Positions 50,441 to 62,625 of a stretch of 64,000 bases of DNA are shown piece after piece. Location: the NCBI GenBank assembly GCA_965287045.1, contig OZ336890.1:25606001-25670000 (forward strand), written 5' to 3'. Source of the DNA: Carcharhinus amblyrhynchos. Lineage: Eukaryota. The position numbers and the translations under genes were made by a program. The notes beneath the pieces were generated by a model, which was not told the DNA's origin, made no database searches, and was given only the letters and a program-made list of their open reading frames with translations. Positions within the stretch are counted from its first letter, which is position 1. Every line of letters begins with the position of its first letter.

Positions 50441-53400
50441 CTGATTAGTCTGTGGGAAATTCAGATGTCACACTGCTTTTTTTTTAGATTAAAAACCTAT
50501 CAATTATGAAGCATTCAGTTCTTAAGATAAAGTTTAATGTGCAATCTTTAACGTTTCCTGGAAATACAGCACCAATCCTGTGCCTTCAGCGTTTGGATTG
50601 CTCTTCCCAGGAATGATTTCCCTCCAGTACAAGTGAATGAATGCAGGGGTATACCCAGAGCTAAAGTTATAAACATGTCATAGGTATATGATCAGGGATT
50701 TTTCACAGTAATAAGCTCTTGGAGCTGCTGAGTGGCTTTTGCTAGTTTTCACTGGTGATGGATGAAAATGACAAGTCAAAGTCAATTGTGTGACAGAGAG
50801 AAAGTTTGTGGTGGATTGAACCCTGATACCTTTGAATAGAGCAGTCCTGTTTTAAAAGAAATTAAATAAAAATTGTAATGATGAAATTTGAGTAGGTTGA
50901 AATGTTTGGCTTGGTATCACACTCAGCCTTATCAGATAGTACTGCTAGACACTGCATATGGCTGCCAGTCTGGACATTAGATTCTGCCAGATCTGAATCA
51001 AATTATGCTGTGGTTTTCAGCCTGCATTTTATTCTGTTAAAGTTCTCGATCTAAAGTGTTAATGCAGACTGATTGACAGATAAAACCTGCTGCAACGGGA
51101 AGTTTTTTTAAAATTCAGTTTTACTAACAGCCTGTATTAGAGTATTTCAGTTCTTCCATAATCATTCTTTCTTCCACCCTTCCAACTACACCAGGCATAT
51201 TGAAACAGGCATAATGTCCAGATAAACATACATACTTCTACTGAGAGAGCCACACATCAGAAGCTGACTTTAACTCTCAATCATTTACCATACCATTCAC
51301 AAAAAAGTGTAAAAATTCTTTCCAAAAATTACATCAGACCTTTCCAGTATGATTACCAACTCCAAGCAATTGACCTATTTTTGCAAAAATGTTCAAAGTT
51401 GGAATCCTGCATAAGCCTAAGTTCTGGAACCGGAAAAATAAACTCTGACAATTTATTAGAATGGTGGAGTTGCTGTAGCTCAATGTTAGTTAAACAAAGT
51501 GACTACAAAAGGGTTAACACAAGGTATATTTCCTCTTCCAGCCCTTCAACAAAGAATTCTTCTTGAGCATCAGCATTCCCAGCAACTCCTGGCTATCAAG
51601 GCATTCATCCAGTCATATTTATTCAAAGTCGTTTCTTTTTCCCCATAAATTAATTATGATCACTTTAGAAATGCAGCATGTGACATGCACAACATCACCA
51701 GCACAGTTTGGACCAAAGAGATTGTGTGACTTATACGTGGGAGTGGGGGAGTGGGGGGGTGGTGTGGTGATGCTTTGCAACCGATCATGAAACTTTTCAA
51801 ATAACATTGGAGAAGCCCAGCAGGACTCATCGACTTTGTGCAGCTTGTGAAATATGAGATTGTGGAAAGCTTAATGTGCAATGCTGCATTGCAACACACA
51901 CACACAACAAAGAATAGAGCTCCCTTTTTCAGCATGGTGAAGGAGGCATTTTTAATCTTCCAACTATAGAGCTGGTACAGAAATGCTCCTGCAGAGCTCT
52001 GAGAGCACCGGGTGCAGTATTATTTTCTTTCTAAACCTGTTAAAGGAAGCTACTGCAATAAAAAAAAAACCAAATCAAATCAAAAGACATTGCTTCAACT
52101 TAAATCTCCACATCACTTTCATCCAATCTTTTTTTTCTGTTGATAAAATGATGCTTTTGGCTGCAGTGACTCATTACTTGCCATAACCCTTGTGAATAAA
52201 CCAGAGGGCACATTGGTGCTTGATCAGTTTCAAGTCTTGGGAGTTGATGCGAAATTGATAAGGAGATTGCTGTTGAGCTAAAAGTACAGCCTCAACAAGT
52301 CTTATGATCTGAAAACAAAGATTGATTTAAAAAACATCAAAAATCCCACGGTGGCCTGGGGCCTTCCATGCTAACGCTGTGGCATCACAAACAAAATCCC
52401 TGAGCACTTACAGTAAACCAACACTTCCAGGTAGCAACCCAGATTAAGAGTTGGGTATTACCTTCTTGTCTGAATGGAAATTCTAGCAAAATTAATGGCT
52501 TCTGCACTGTTTGCTTTGTCCTCAACACCACTCCTGTGATTGGGGATCTTTTTAGTGAAGCCACTTTTTAGCACACTTGAACACTAATATTCATTTGAAG
52601 ATTTAAAAATACAGAAATACATTATTTCCTCATTTACATTTACTTCCCGAGATTTTCTGTACATTCCCAGCGTTAGGGCTTTGGGAATTGAGAAGTAACT
52701 GGAAAACACAGAATATTTAATGATTAGCATTATTTTCTGAATAAACTAATAAAGGAGCTCAAAGGATTATTTTTTTTGTGAGTAGCTATAGTAACCAAGG
52801 TTCTGCCCTAGGCTTTACTTCATCATCTACATTTTACAAAATCGTGCATGCTGGAAAAAGTGCAATGGAAAGCAATTTTTATTTTACTAACTGCAGCATT
52901 TTCCAGTAACATAGCTACAGGGTGCTCCATCGATTGACCATGAGATATGCAAACGATTCCACAAGTAACCTCGCTCAATAACCCACGAGAGCAAAAGTTC
53001 TGAGTGGACTAGTTGAGGTCAGCTCATGAGTGTAATAGCTTCCACGCCCTGTGGACGAGCATACCCTGAAACGGTTCTCAAAATCTCTTTGTTTCTCCGG
53101 AAAGACACTTTTGGGTAAAAACACTTATGCGTATTCTTTATTGGCACTTATTTTAATTAGCGAAAAGAAACATAAGAGTGCCTACATTTGGAGGCAGAAC
53201 AGAATGGGGCATTATTAAGTGATGCTGTCAAACATGTTCCATTGCTATAGGGTAACATTAGGCCACTGAGTACTGATGCATGCTAGCCTATTCAGTGCAT
53301 GTTATTCAGTGGTTGACAGGACATCTTTCATGGTATCACGGGCGTAGAAGTGTCAGGGAAACATCCAGTAAATGACCCAACAAAGGGGCTCTGTACCTCC

Positions 53401-55530
53401 CCTGTGAACGCTCTACTAATGCACTAGTAAATACAAGCATCAGAATCCAAAATCGACTCAAATTTCACGTCTATATTTGCTTCTGTGATGGGAGAACGGG
53501 GACAGCACCTGAAATTACCAAGTGGTACATTTAGAAAACAGTCTGTTACAGTCACAGGTTCTCACAACATTCGGCATATGTTATGCAACAACTGCGGAGT
53601 GGCAAATAAGGGCTCCAACGCATTATAAACAGCAGAGCTTTTTTCCACCCCCCTTTTTAAAAACAAAAATAAACACAAGGCGTTCTTGTAATTATGTCCA
53701 AGAATTGCATTTGTCAACGACTTGATACATTTCTTAAGAATTCAACAGACATCATTTCCTTTCCATCATTGTGTACCAAAATGACATGCCACATAACAGA
53801 ATGTCACTGACTGCACAGCAATCGGGTAACAGCTGTGCAAACTATGGGGAGTGACATCCTGAAGGCACTTCAATTGCACTTGAATACAGGTTTGGGCAAG
53901 TAACGGTATTAAAGGCTGAAATGTTCCATGCAGCCTCCAAGTAACTTTACCTTGAAGAAAATTGATATCCTTCTGTCAGGGAGCGCTTGCCTGCCTCAGT
54001 TCCGTGCAGTGACTGCCACCTGAACTTTTCATATCGTTGTCTCTCACATCATCCTCCTCCTCCTCCCCCCCCCTCCCCCGCCGCCACCACGCTTTATCGT
54101 TTTGGCACATTATCTTTATTCTTCATATTTTCTGCCACCTTTGACACAAATTTTACATTCATTCTATCCTCATTACAAAGTGTCGTAGCGAGCCAAGAAT
54201 CCTGTGTGTTATAATGAGGTGTGTGCTACATTGAATGCTCCATAACAGCAGTAAATGGAACATGAATAATATTGGGTGCCAAGGTTCGGTAGCCTTGTAA
54301 CAAAAATGATGTTAAAATGGAGAGCTCGGTAACAGGAATGCCACACGCCGCACTAAAGAAACCATGCTTCTTGATACAAGTTATTCTCTTGTTTTACTGA
54401 GCGTAACTATCCCGCAAGCACCGAACATCACAAATGCATTGGTTTACTAGCTTACCATTAAAATATTTTCCCCATCGTGTTACTAGCAACATTTTAACCT
54501 AACTACTTAGTTCTGAAATATTGTGCATATGGAAAAGCTCTTTTTTTGGAAAAAAAACCTGAAGCGGGGAGACAACGTGCACAGTAACAGTTAAAACGTT
54601 CTCCATAATGTTAGGCTCGCAAATGTTGCAATCAATAATGCAATCACCATTAAATAAATATCACTGATCTCACTGAACTAATAAATTAGTGCAACATGTT
54701 TTTTTGGGGAGGGAAGGGAATAGCAGTTTTGGAAGTGTTTGTAATGATTGCAATTTTTTTCTAATGAGTCATCCTTCTTAATAGCAATAGTAATTTACAG
54801 GATTTAATTTTTGTGGGATTTAACTTAAAAACAACAGTATGTAGAAAACAGTGTTGTTGGGATTATGAAGGGTTAAGTAATGATGGAAAGATGGCTTGGT
54901 ATGCCACAGAGCAAGAGAAAGATGGATGTGAGTCCTGTCTTGAAGCACTTAATTTATAGAAGAATTAAACTAGCTGAGCAGATGGAAGAAGATACATGAA
55001 GACACAAACTGCTGCAGCCTTTCCAGCCCAGCCTATAAATTAGTCTGATAAATGGGAAATTTATGACCTTAAAATATCTACCATCACCTATCATTTCCCT
55101 GGTGCTGTCACGGCAATGCTATGAAATGCAATAGGAACTGCAGAACAAGGAAGGAACTCACACTACACCAGAGATCCCTTAAGGAAAAGCCCAGGTATCT
55201 GACAGCGCAGCAGCAGATAAACAGTTGAGCTCAGGCTCAGACCTATTCACAACACCGAGACCCGCTTCCGTTTTCAAAAAAAAAATCTGGTTTATGTTAA
55301 CGGCTCGCAACAAAACCAAAGCTGCCAGTTCAGCCACAAACATGATGCGAGGAGTCCTCTGTGTGCTTAATACAGGCAAATGTAAATCTCTCTTTCTTTC
55401 TCCCTCGCTCTGTCTATTCAGCACGGAACACTATGCACAGCACCTTCCAGTGCTTTCAATTGCAACAAAAGACTTGACCTCATAAAGCAAGGGCAAGGCA
55501 GAAGGAACCCCATTTCAATAAGTCACTTAC

Positions 55531-55632
55531 CTCCTGGAGAAAGAGAAAGGCCGGAGTACAGGGGATGGTGTGAGGGAGCATAGCTGAGTTGGACAGCAGG
55601 ATGCAGCCGGAGTTTGCCATTGAGCAGAGCAT
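55531..55632 (-). CDS. RBFOX3: Alternative first coding exon of an RBFOX-family splicing regulator (probably RBFOX3); 34 codons, phase-0 donor
   Basis: ATG at 55632, open frame MLCSMANSGCILLSNSAMLPHTIPCTPAFLFLQE, then consensus donor GAG|GTAAGT (intron starts at 55530). Peptide resembles, from memory, the MLCSMANSGC... N-terminus of long vertebrate RBFOX3 isoforms; paralog identity not verified. Too short for the supplied ORF track. Confidence 0.65.
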
Positions 55633-55990
55633 GTATCAGAACAGCGTGTATGTCTGTGTGTATTGTGTGTGTGTGTGTGTGTGTGTATCTCTGGAGCTCA
55701 CTCGCTCTCGATCTCGCTCTCTCTCTCTCGCTCAACTACTTAAACTGCATTAATAAAGTGCTGCTGTTGTGTACTCTGTTCTGGAACTGAATGATCAATG
55801 CAGAGAATACTTATATCCTGTACCATTTAAAAAATAAGAGAGGCGGAGGCACCCTGTTTTCTAAAGCATACGATTGTGTGTGTGTGGTGTGTGTGTGTGT
55901 TAAGAGGTTTTGTACAGGGGGAAGTTCTTTGATCCTAGGGTGCTGGAGTACTCCGGTTATCCAGCTATTTTTGTGAGAATTAATCAAATA
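55633..55990 (-). promoter_or_regulatory. Putative 5'UTR and promoter of the RBFOX-like exon
   Basis: Directly upstream of the ATG exon; (CA)n and (GA)n tracts on the sense strand and AT-rich elements; lies in a long stretch without recognisable young TEs (~50500-56550). Confidence 0.4.
55645..55733. repeat. Compound (TG)n/(TC)n microsatellite
   Basis: Directly visible; a further (TG)n at 55875-55899. Confidence 0.9.
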
Positions 55991-56713
55991 TTTAATAATG
56001 CAGTCGTGTTATGTACTTCAAGGGTACTGTAAACTTTGCTTCAAGAAATGGTCTTTGCAGTGTCAGGTGCTTATAATCTTGAAGTGTTGCAAATATTTGA
56101 GATGTTGTTGTGCTATAGTTAATGTTTCTGAAGTGCAACATGATGTTGTGCTATGCTGCTTTCAGTAAATGCAAAATAGATTTGCTTTCATTTATAGTTA
56201 TCAGTAATATGGCATTTCAACATATTTGCCTCAAGTGTCTTACAGGAGAATGCCTAATCATTTATTTTTTTATATATGAACCTGTTATAAATCAGCAGGA
56301 GAGGTTAAAACTAGCTGAATTCTTAAGTTCCAAAGGGCGGACTGACCCCAGGGAATTTGTAGTCAGTGGTGGGACATCTAACTAATGTGGCAAAGATGGA
56401 CACCTTCCTGACACCTGCCTATCTCAAGCGTCTGAAAACTTTGGGACTCACCTAACCCTGCCCAGCCCTGCTACCAGCTTTGCTCATTCTCCCCTTAGCC
56501 TCACTCGTAAGGATGATGGAACACAACCACATCACAAAAATGTAAAAACAATCCTTTTCATTGAAAGACAAAGGCCGAAATTTTCTGACTGTTCATGCCA
56601 GCGGGATGTTCCCCTCACATCCCACTGTCGTAAACGGGGATTTGGCTTGTTGCCAAATTCATGGTCTTCACTGCATCGGGAGCGTGACATGAGCAGTTGT
56701 AAGATCACGCCAT

Positions 56714-57115
56714 GTGCCTTGCATTTATATAGCAGTTTTCACGATCTTAGGATGTCCCAAAATGCTTTACAGTCACGGCATGGTGGCACAGTGGTTAGCG
56801 CTGCTGCCTCATAAGGTCAGGGACGCGGATTTGATTCCCGGCCTGGGTCACTGTATATACGGAGTCTGCAAGTTCTCCCTGTGTCTGCATGGGTTTCCTC
56901 CAGGTTCTCCAGTTTCGTCCCACAGTACGAAAGGTGTACTGGTTAGGTGCATTGGCCTTGTTAAATTCTTCTTCGGTGTATCTGAACAGGCTCCAGAGTG
57001 TGGCAAGTTGGAAATTTTCAGTCACATCATTGCAGTTTAATGTAAGCCTACGTGTGACACTAAAAAATAAACTGAAACTTAAGAAGTTCTTTCAAGTGCA
57101 GTCACAATGACAATC
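56714..57115 (-). mobile_element. Deu-SINE/L2-type 3' tail split by a younger SINE
   Basis: CTTGCATTTATATAGCAGTTTTCACGATCTTAGGATGTCCCAAAATGCTTTACAGTCA (to 56775) resumes as AAGAAGTTCTTTCAAGTGCAGTCAC at ~57081. Confidence 0.65.
56776..57077 (+). mobile_element. HE1-related SINE, tail type B
   Basis: CGGCATGGTGGCACAGTGGTTAGCGCTGCTGCCTC...GTGACACTAAAAAATAAAC. Confidence 0.9.
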
Positions 57116-58904
57116 CGCAAAATACTGTATGCAAGTTTAGCATGAAGCTCATTAGTAGGGCCCACGTCCAGCCAGATAGAAGCTACAGTGCCTCACCTAC
57201 CCATCCCACTGGGCAAGTGGAATTACCAGACCATGACTGAACTGGAGAAGCAGGATTTCCTGGCTTAGCATGCCTCGGCACCTGGCCATTATTTGGCTTG
57301 GAAAAGGACACGGAGGAGGCTTGAGGAAGCAACAGAAAGCCAGAGTAAGCCAGGTCCCCATGGATAACCTGATGGCTCCACCAGTCTCCTGCCGTATTTA
57401 CAGCTGGAGATTGGAGGAACCCCTGAGGAATTTTGGAGCCTCGTGTATAAAAGCAGCCAAAATGCAGTAAATAAGCTTTGTATTAGTGAGATCAGTTTAT
57501 GGATGGGAAAAACTTAAAAGAAAGGATATTTGTAGACAGCCACAGGAACTAGTGTCTCAAAATAATACCAATGGAGTATATTTTTTCACTTTGGCAATTT
57601 TAGTAACAAAATAGATATGAACAAAATAAAGGGCCAACAGATTGCCTGCCTGCTTGTGGTGCTGTTTCAAGGATCCTCACAAGCATTCTTGAAAAATGAG
57701 GAAGAAAAATAATGCAGGATGAAAATACTGTGCCTATTCGGAGAGACTTTCAGTGTCACTCTGGTGTGAACGGATCAAATACATGTAGGCTGCAAATTAG
57801 ACTGGGCCTTAGTAATGGCAGGTACCAGCCATCCAGAGAGGTGTTGTGGACAGCCCTGTTAGATTGGGGACTTTGCCAGTCCATTTGTGTAGGAGGAGGA
57901 CACAGCAGGAAATGCCTGCGAAAGTTGTTCATGACTCCCTTCCTCCTCAGAGGAACCTGGTGCAATACTTCTGATAAACCAGCTGACCAGAGGGCAGGAC
58001 CCCATCACATTATGATATTTTTCCTGAACCCCCAAAGAAAATATTACTATTACTTTTGTTTGTTTGACTGCAGACTGCTGACATTTTACCTTCTTTCTAC
58101 ATTGGATTTCCAGTGTCTGCAACATGGCAGGTTTCAGCCCTAATGGCCCAGGCGCCTGCCAGTAACATTGTAAGGAAGAGAGACCCCACCCGCTTCTGAC
58201 CCTGTGGCTCCAGATGGGAACTAACAGCAAAGGTCCAGAATCGTTGTTTCTCAACACTTATCAGCAGGATCTGTGCCAGCCCCCAATCCCACAATGTATT
58301 GCCGATCAAATGAATTAACCAAGAGTTGTGCAGCATCCCTTGGCAACATAGTTCAATCCAATAAATCTCAATTCACTCCAGATCAGATTTGATGCTGATC
58401 AACTCAGTGAAAAAGAAAACCTTGAAGTTTGACCACAGAAGTGGGCATTACAGAAAAAAATGTCCATTTGACAGCATGGACGCAATAGCCACAGTTGGGA
58501 TCTTCCAATACAGCGGAAGAAGAGAGGGTGTTCCAACACGGTAGTGGTGTTGTAAGGTTCATGATGGGCAGTAGCCTGAGCAGCAGAGTTAGCAACTCAA
58601 GCACAGTATTGCAGCTGTGCACTGCATACTTATGCAGGAACAGTATGCGAGTGGTCCTTTAAATTTTAGTTGTCTCAAACCCCAATACTCCATCTAAATT
58701 ATAATACTTCACATGTGAAAGTGCTGTGTGGAGCATATGTTTTAATAATGCCTTTAAGAAAGCTGGTGTTTACTTTCATGCCCTATTCTCCGTGCGCGCT
58801 CTCTCCCTTGCTGAGACAGCCAGCCCACTCTGTTGCACATGTGGGCTGCACTCCACTCTTGCTTCTCGCACTGATCTCATGGTCTGCCCAGAAAGTCACA
58901 ATGG

Positions 58905-58933
58905 ACACACGCACACACAGACACACACACATA
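58905..58933. repeat. (CA)n microsatellite, imperfect
   Basis: Directly visible. Confidence 0.85.
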
Positions 58934-59609
58934 CAACCCCCTCACCCTCCAGTCTAAGAACCACTACGCTTACTGACCTGTGCTGCAGGGAGAGTGAATG
59001 TTCTGCCACGCACAGCACGTGACAGTGAGGGTCACCACTGCTCTCAACTTTTATGCCGCGTCCACTTTTTAGACACTCCTGAGACAAATTGGCTGTTTTG
59101 CTTGATTGGCCTCTGGACATCTCGAGCTAATTGCTCGACTTCTGGCGTTGTTGCCAGTAATTCCGCTAATAAGGCAAATAATTGAACGCAGCTTGAACTC
59201 TCTACTGGGCAATAATTGAACTCTCGATGCCTCAGGTCAGCAGTTAAAAACAACCACCACTGAGCGTGAGGGACTGCTAAGTGCTTTAACGGCGCTAATA
59301 ATTGTGATGAAACTGGTCGTGGCCACAGAAGAAAGTATAAGAGCAGAGTAACAGGAGACATCATGGCTACTATCCATATGAGAAAATCACATTTCACTGA
59401 CTGTGTGGTATTGTTGCTTATAAATGAAGTGCTGGCTCTCAAAAGGAAATATTTGGGTCAGCGAGTTATACAACTAGGGCCCATTCATCTCATGCATGGG
59501 AGGATATGACACAGTGAGTTAATGCACTGTCTGAAACTGTGAGAACCACCAAAGAAGTGTAGAACAATTCAGTGACATTGGGAAAGCCAAGGCAAATGAT
59601 TGCACGAAT

Positions 59610-60260
59610 ACTGCTGAAAAGTGAGACAGGCTGCCAAATCTTTACATCTTGTTTTTAGTCAGGCACACGTCCGAATTCCAAAATTCAAATGATCGTGATG
59701 ATTTGTACCGTAGGAGAAAAGGGCCCTGGCTGGCAGGCAAGTTGACTCTGATTGGCCAAGGCGTTGCTATGGAGAAAGCAAAGGGGAACCATCAGGTCTC
59801 CAAGCTCTCGGGTAATTCAAAAAAGGCTTGAACACATTCCTTTTGGCTGCAGGACGGCCCAAGTAGCTGACAGCACACAGGCACCGAAATTTAGACAAGT
59901 TCTTGTTCAATTGTGCGGGAGCAGGATATCCCTTTGGACTAACGGCAGCATCCTGTTAGTGGAAAATGCCACTCGTGTAGTCATTGTATAGTAGCAGTGT
60001 GAAATTGGCCTCTTGTCCAAATTTTTGAGACACTTAACCTTTCCAGGGTAATCTGATGTAAACCAGGCACTTTTCAAGTGAAAAAGCAATAGCCCATGGC
60101 CCTAAGTTTGTAGGAAGCAAAGTGAACAATGATCCGATCAGGATATCCATTATTCCGCAGGATAGGTTTGATGCACTCTATTTCTGCAACGAGTTTGCAA
60201 GGTAAGCAGATGCTCTGGCTGAAAAGGCCAATCTTCTAGCATGTAGAGCTTTATGAATCC
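59610..60260 (-). mobile_element. Penelope-like element 3' part plus pLTR (internally deleted)
   Basis: Minus-strand ILRNNGYPDRII (~60130-60165), CYYTMTTRVAFSTNRMLPLVQRDILLP (ORF 59907..60089) and FRCLCAVSYLGR (GIY-YIG start); then a pLTR that is the reverse-complement homolog of 60975-61150. Confidence 0.85.
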
Positions 60261-60264
60261 TGAT

Positions 60265-61150
60265 GTGTATATTGACCGGTGAAAGTAGGCTTGTGGTAGA
60301 CAGAGCACTTGGCTGATTGAATCAAACAGCATGTCATAGAATCTCTGCAGTGCAGGAAGAGGCCATTCGGTCCATCAAGCCTGCACCAACAACAATCCCA
60401 TCCAGGCCCTATCCCCACTATCCCACATAGTTACCCTGCTAGTCCCCTTGACACTAGGGGGCAAGTTAGCATGGCCAATCAACCTAACTGCACATCTTTG
60501 GAGGGTGGGAGGAAACTGGAGCACCTGAAGGAAAACCAAGCAGACACGGAGAGAAAGTGTAACCACCGTATAGAAAATGACCCAAGGCTGGAATTGAACC
60601 CGAATCCCTAGCACTGTGAGGCAGCAGGGCTAATTACTATGCCACTACTCCACCTAATTGTTCCTTCCATTGTTCAGAATAGGCAGAGTGCTGGCCATAC
60701 TCAACCAGCCCACATATGCAAAACACAGAACAAGGTGTCCACTGTTAGATTGGGCAGCACTTGCTGAACAATCCTGCCTGTGTTAACAGCTACACTAACA
60801 ACCAACATGAGATAATCACTGAGCTCATAATGTGGCTCATGAACACTTGCAAGTAGTGACCTAAATTCACATGCAGGGACCCATTTTCTGAAAATGAAAG
60901 GAACATGTTCAACTCTTGTGTCTTTTTTGAATTATCTGGGAGCTTGCGGGGGTGGTGGGGGGGCTATAGTTGGCTGTTGCTTTCTCCATGACAATGCCTC
61001 AGCCAAACAGAGTCAACTTGCCATCCAATCAGCACTTGTTTCTCCTGCAGTATAAATTACTGTGACTATTTGAAATCTGGCATTCTTGTGTTTGTCCTGA
61101 TGAGTGCAAGGTGGAAAGCTTTGGCAACATATCTCTCTTTTCAGCAATAT
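60265..61150 (+). mobile_element. Penelope-like GIY-YIG C-terminus plus pLTR with hammerhead motif, interrupted by an HE1 SINE
   Basis: LAD*IKQHV (~60310-60335), IGQHLLNNPACVNSYT (~60749-60797), then CCAAT (61025), TATAAA (61051) and CTGATGA (61097-61103)...GAAAGCTTT. Confidence 0.85.
60334..60650 (-). mobile_element. HE1-type SINE, tail type A, nested in Penelope
   Basis: TCATAGAATCTCTGCAGTGCAGGAAGAGGCC ... GGCAGCAGGGCTAATTACTATGCCAC. Confidence 0.9.
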
Positions 61151-62625
61151 TCAAGCAAATGGTTGCAATAGAAACACTCTACATTACCATATTATTGTAT
61201 GCATCAGCCAATAAGGCCAACGGCTTTGTTGCAACAACTACAACTGACAAATATTGTGAGTGTAAGACGGCTGTCATCTCAAAAACATAACACAAGAGAG
61301 GGATCCAACATTTATGAATGAATCAGCCAATAACCTGTGGAACATGCCATATAAATAACTGAACACTTACTGCAAGTAAAGTTAAGATCGGTGCAGACCA
61401 TCTAATTTCTCCATTCTGTTCAATTTATGTACAATTACAAGTGAAAATAGAATGCTTAATCTAAGCAGCACGTGAACAAGTGTAATATTTGTGCCATAAT
61501 GTGTAATCTTGCATCGCTCAACTTGTTGCACTCCAAGACTGCAAAGCATTCAAAGGGATCTGCTGGTATCTGTAATCATGTAAAACCTCAGCATCTTGGC
61601 TTTCTTCATTTAGATACACCCTCTCCTCAGGAAGAAATTGGAGTTAGATCAATTAGAAACATTCATAATAAAGAGTACATGGCACAGAGGGCCACATCAC
61701 ATGCAGTGTACCTAATACCTGCATTTCCTCCGCAGTCACCAAATACGATACACTAAATGATGAATGAGCAAGATAGATACAATTTGATAGTAGGATTCTA
61801 GTCTTCTGCAAGCAATCAGGAGCTAATCAAATCAGTGCCATTCTTCTACAGGAATGTTGTCATCAGATGCTGGGAATTATTTGACAGTCATCAGCTCCAG
61901 TGAGGGACCATAGCTCCCCCATAAGCTATATCAGCACATCGTGGCACGAGTAGAAAAGGTACCCACCATGGTTCTTGTGGCATTTCAATAGCAAGAGTGC
62001 CAGAGTTAAGTTGAATAATATAGCTATCTGTAGATACTGCTGTCTGGCAGTAATGTCTCATTCACCTCAGAGGTACTCTCACGTTCTCTTTCTATTGCTC
62101 CTTATTCTTCCGTGCTGATGCCAACCTTATTTCTTCTTTCACGAAGCATGTAGTGCACCATCAGTGTTTTGGAAGCTTTCCCGAGGGCATACTATGAGGT
62201 CTGCCTTCCCCAACTGATGCAGCCAATACAGTCCTGCACAATGCTGAATAAGCAAGTTTAGCTTGGCATGAGCCTCACTCTAGCATTCCTCAACTCCACT
62301 GGTTCTCCAAACAACCATCATCAAGGTCAAAGAGGATAGCTGGAATTCCGCTCCCCCCCCACCCCCGCCAGGAGCCATCATTCAGGCTGCTAATATCTTG
62401 CACCAGATCTTGAAAGTTGGCATGTTGCAGGGCATGATGATGATGAGGAAGGGTCAACACTGAAGGGCACTAGTGGGTGTGATCGTGGCATAATCAGTTT
62501 CTGCAGCGCTCATGGTGGAAAGCTCCTATAGCTGCAGCGCCACACAATGGCACAACTTAGTAATGATTTCCCTGATAACTATGGTGCTGTCATTTCCAGA
62601 ATGTAACTGGTGATACCACTGGATC

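Noticed and set aside
55523-55735. 70-aa ORF in the supplied track (MSERERARSR...)
   Set aside because: Different frame running through microsatellites; the credible frame starts at 55632 and ends at the donor.
55820-55975. MEF2-like sites upstream of the exon (TTAAAAAATAAG, CTATTTTTGT)
   Set aside because: Neither matches YTA(W)4TAR exactly; insufficient to claim muscle- or neuron-specific control.
13906-57040. Recurrent ORFs of the type MAQWLALLPHSARD...CTFSPCLCGF, suggesting a gene family
   Set aside because: They are translations of the HE1-type SINE head and body.
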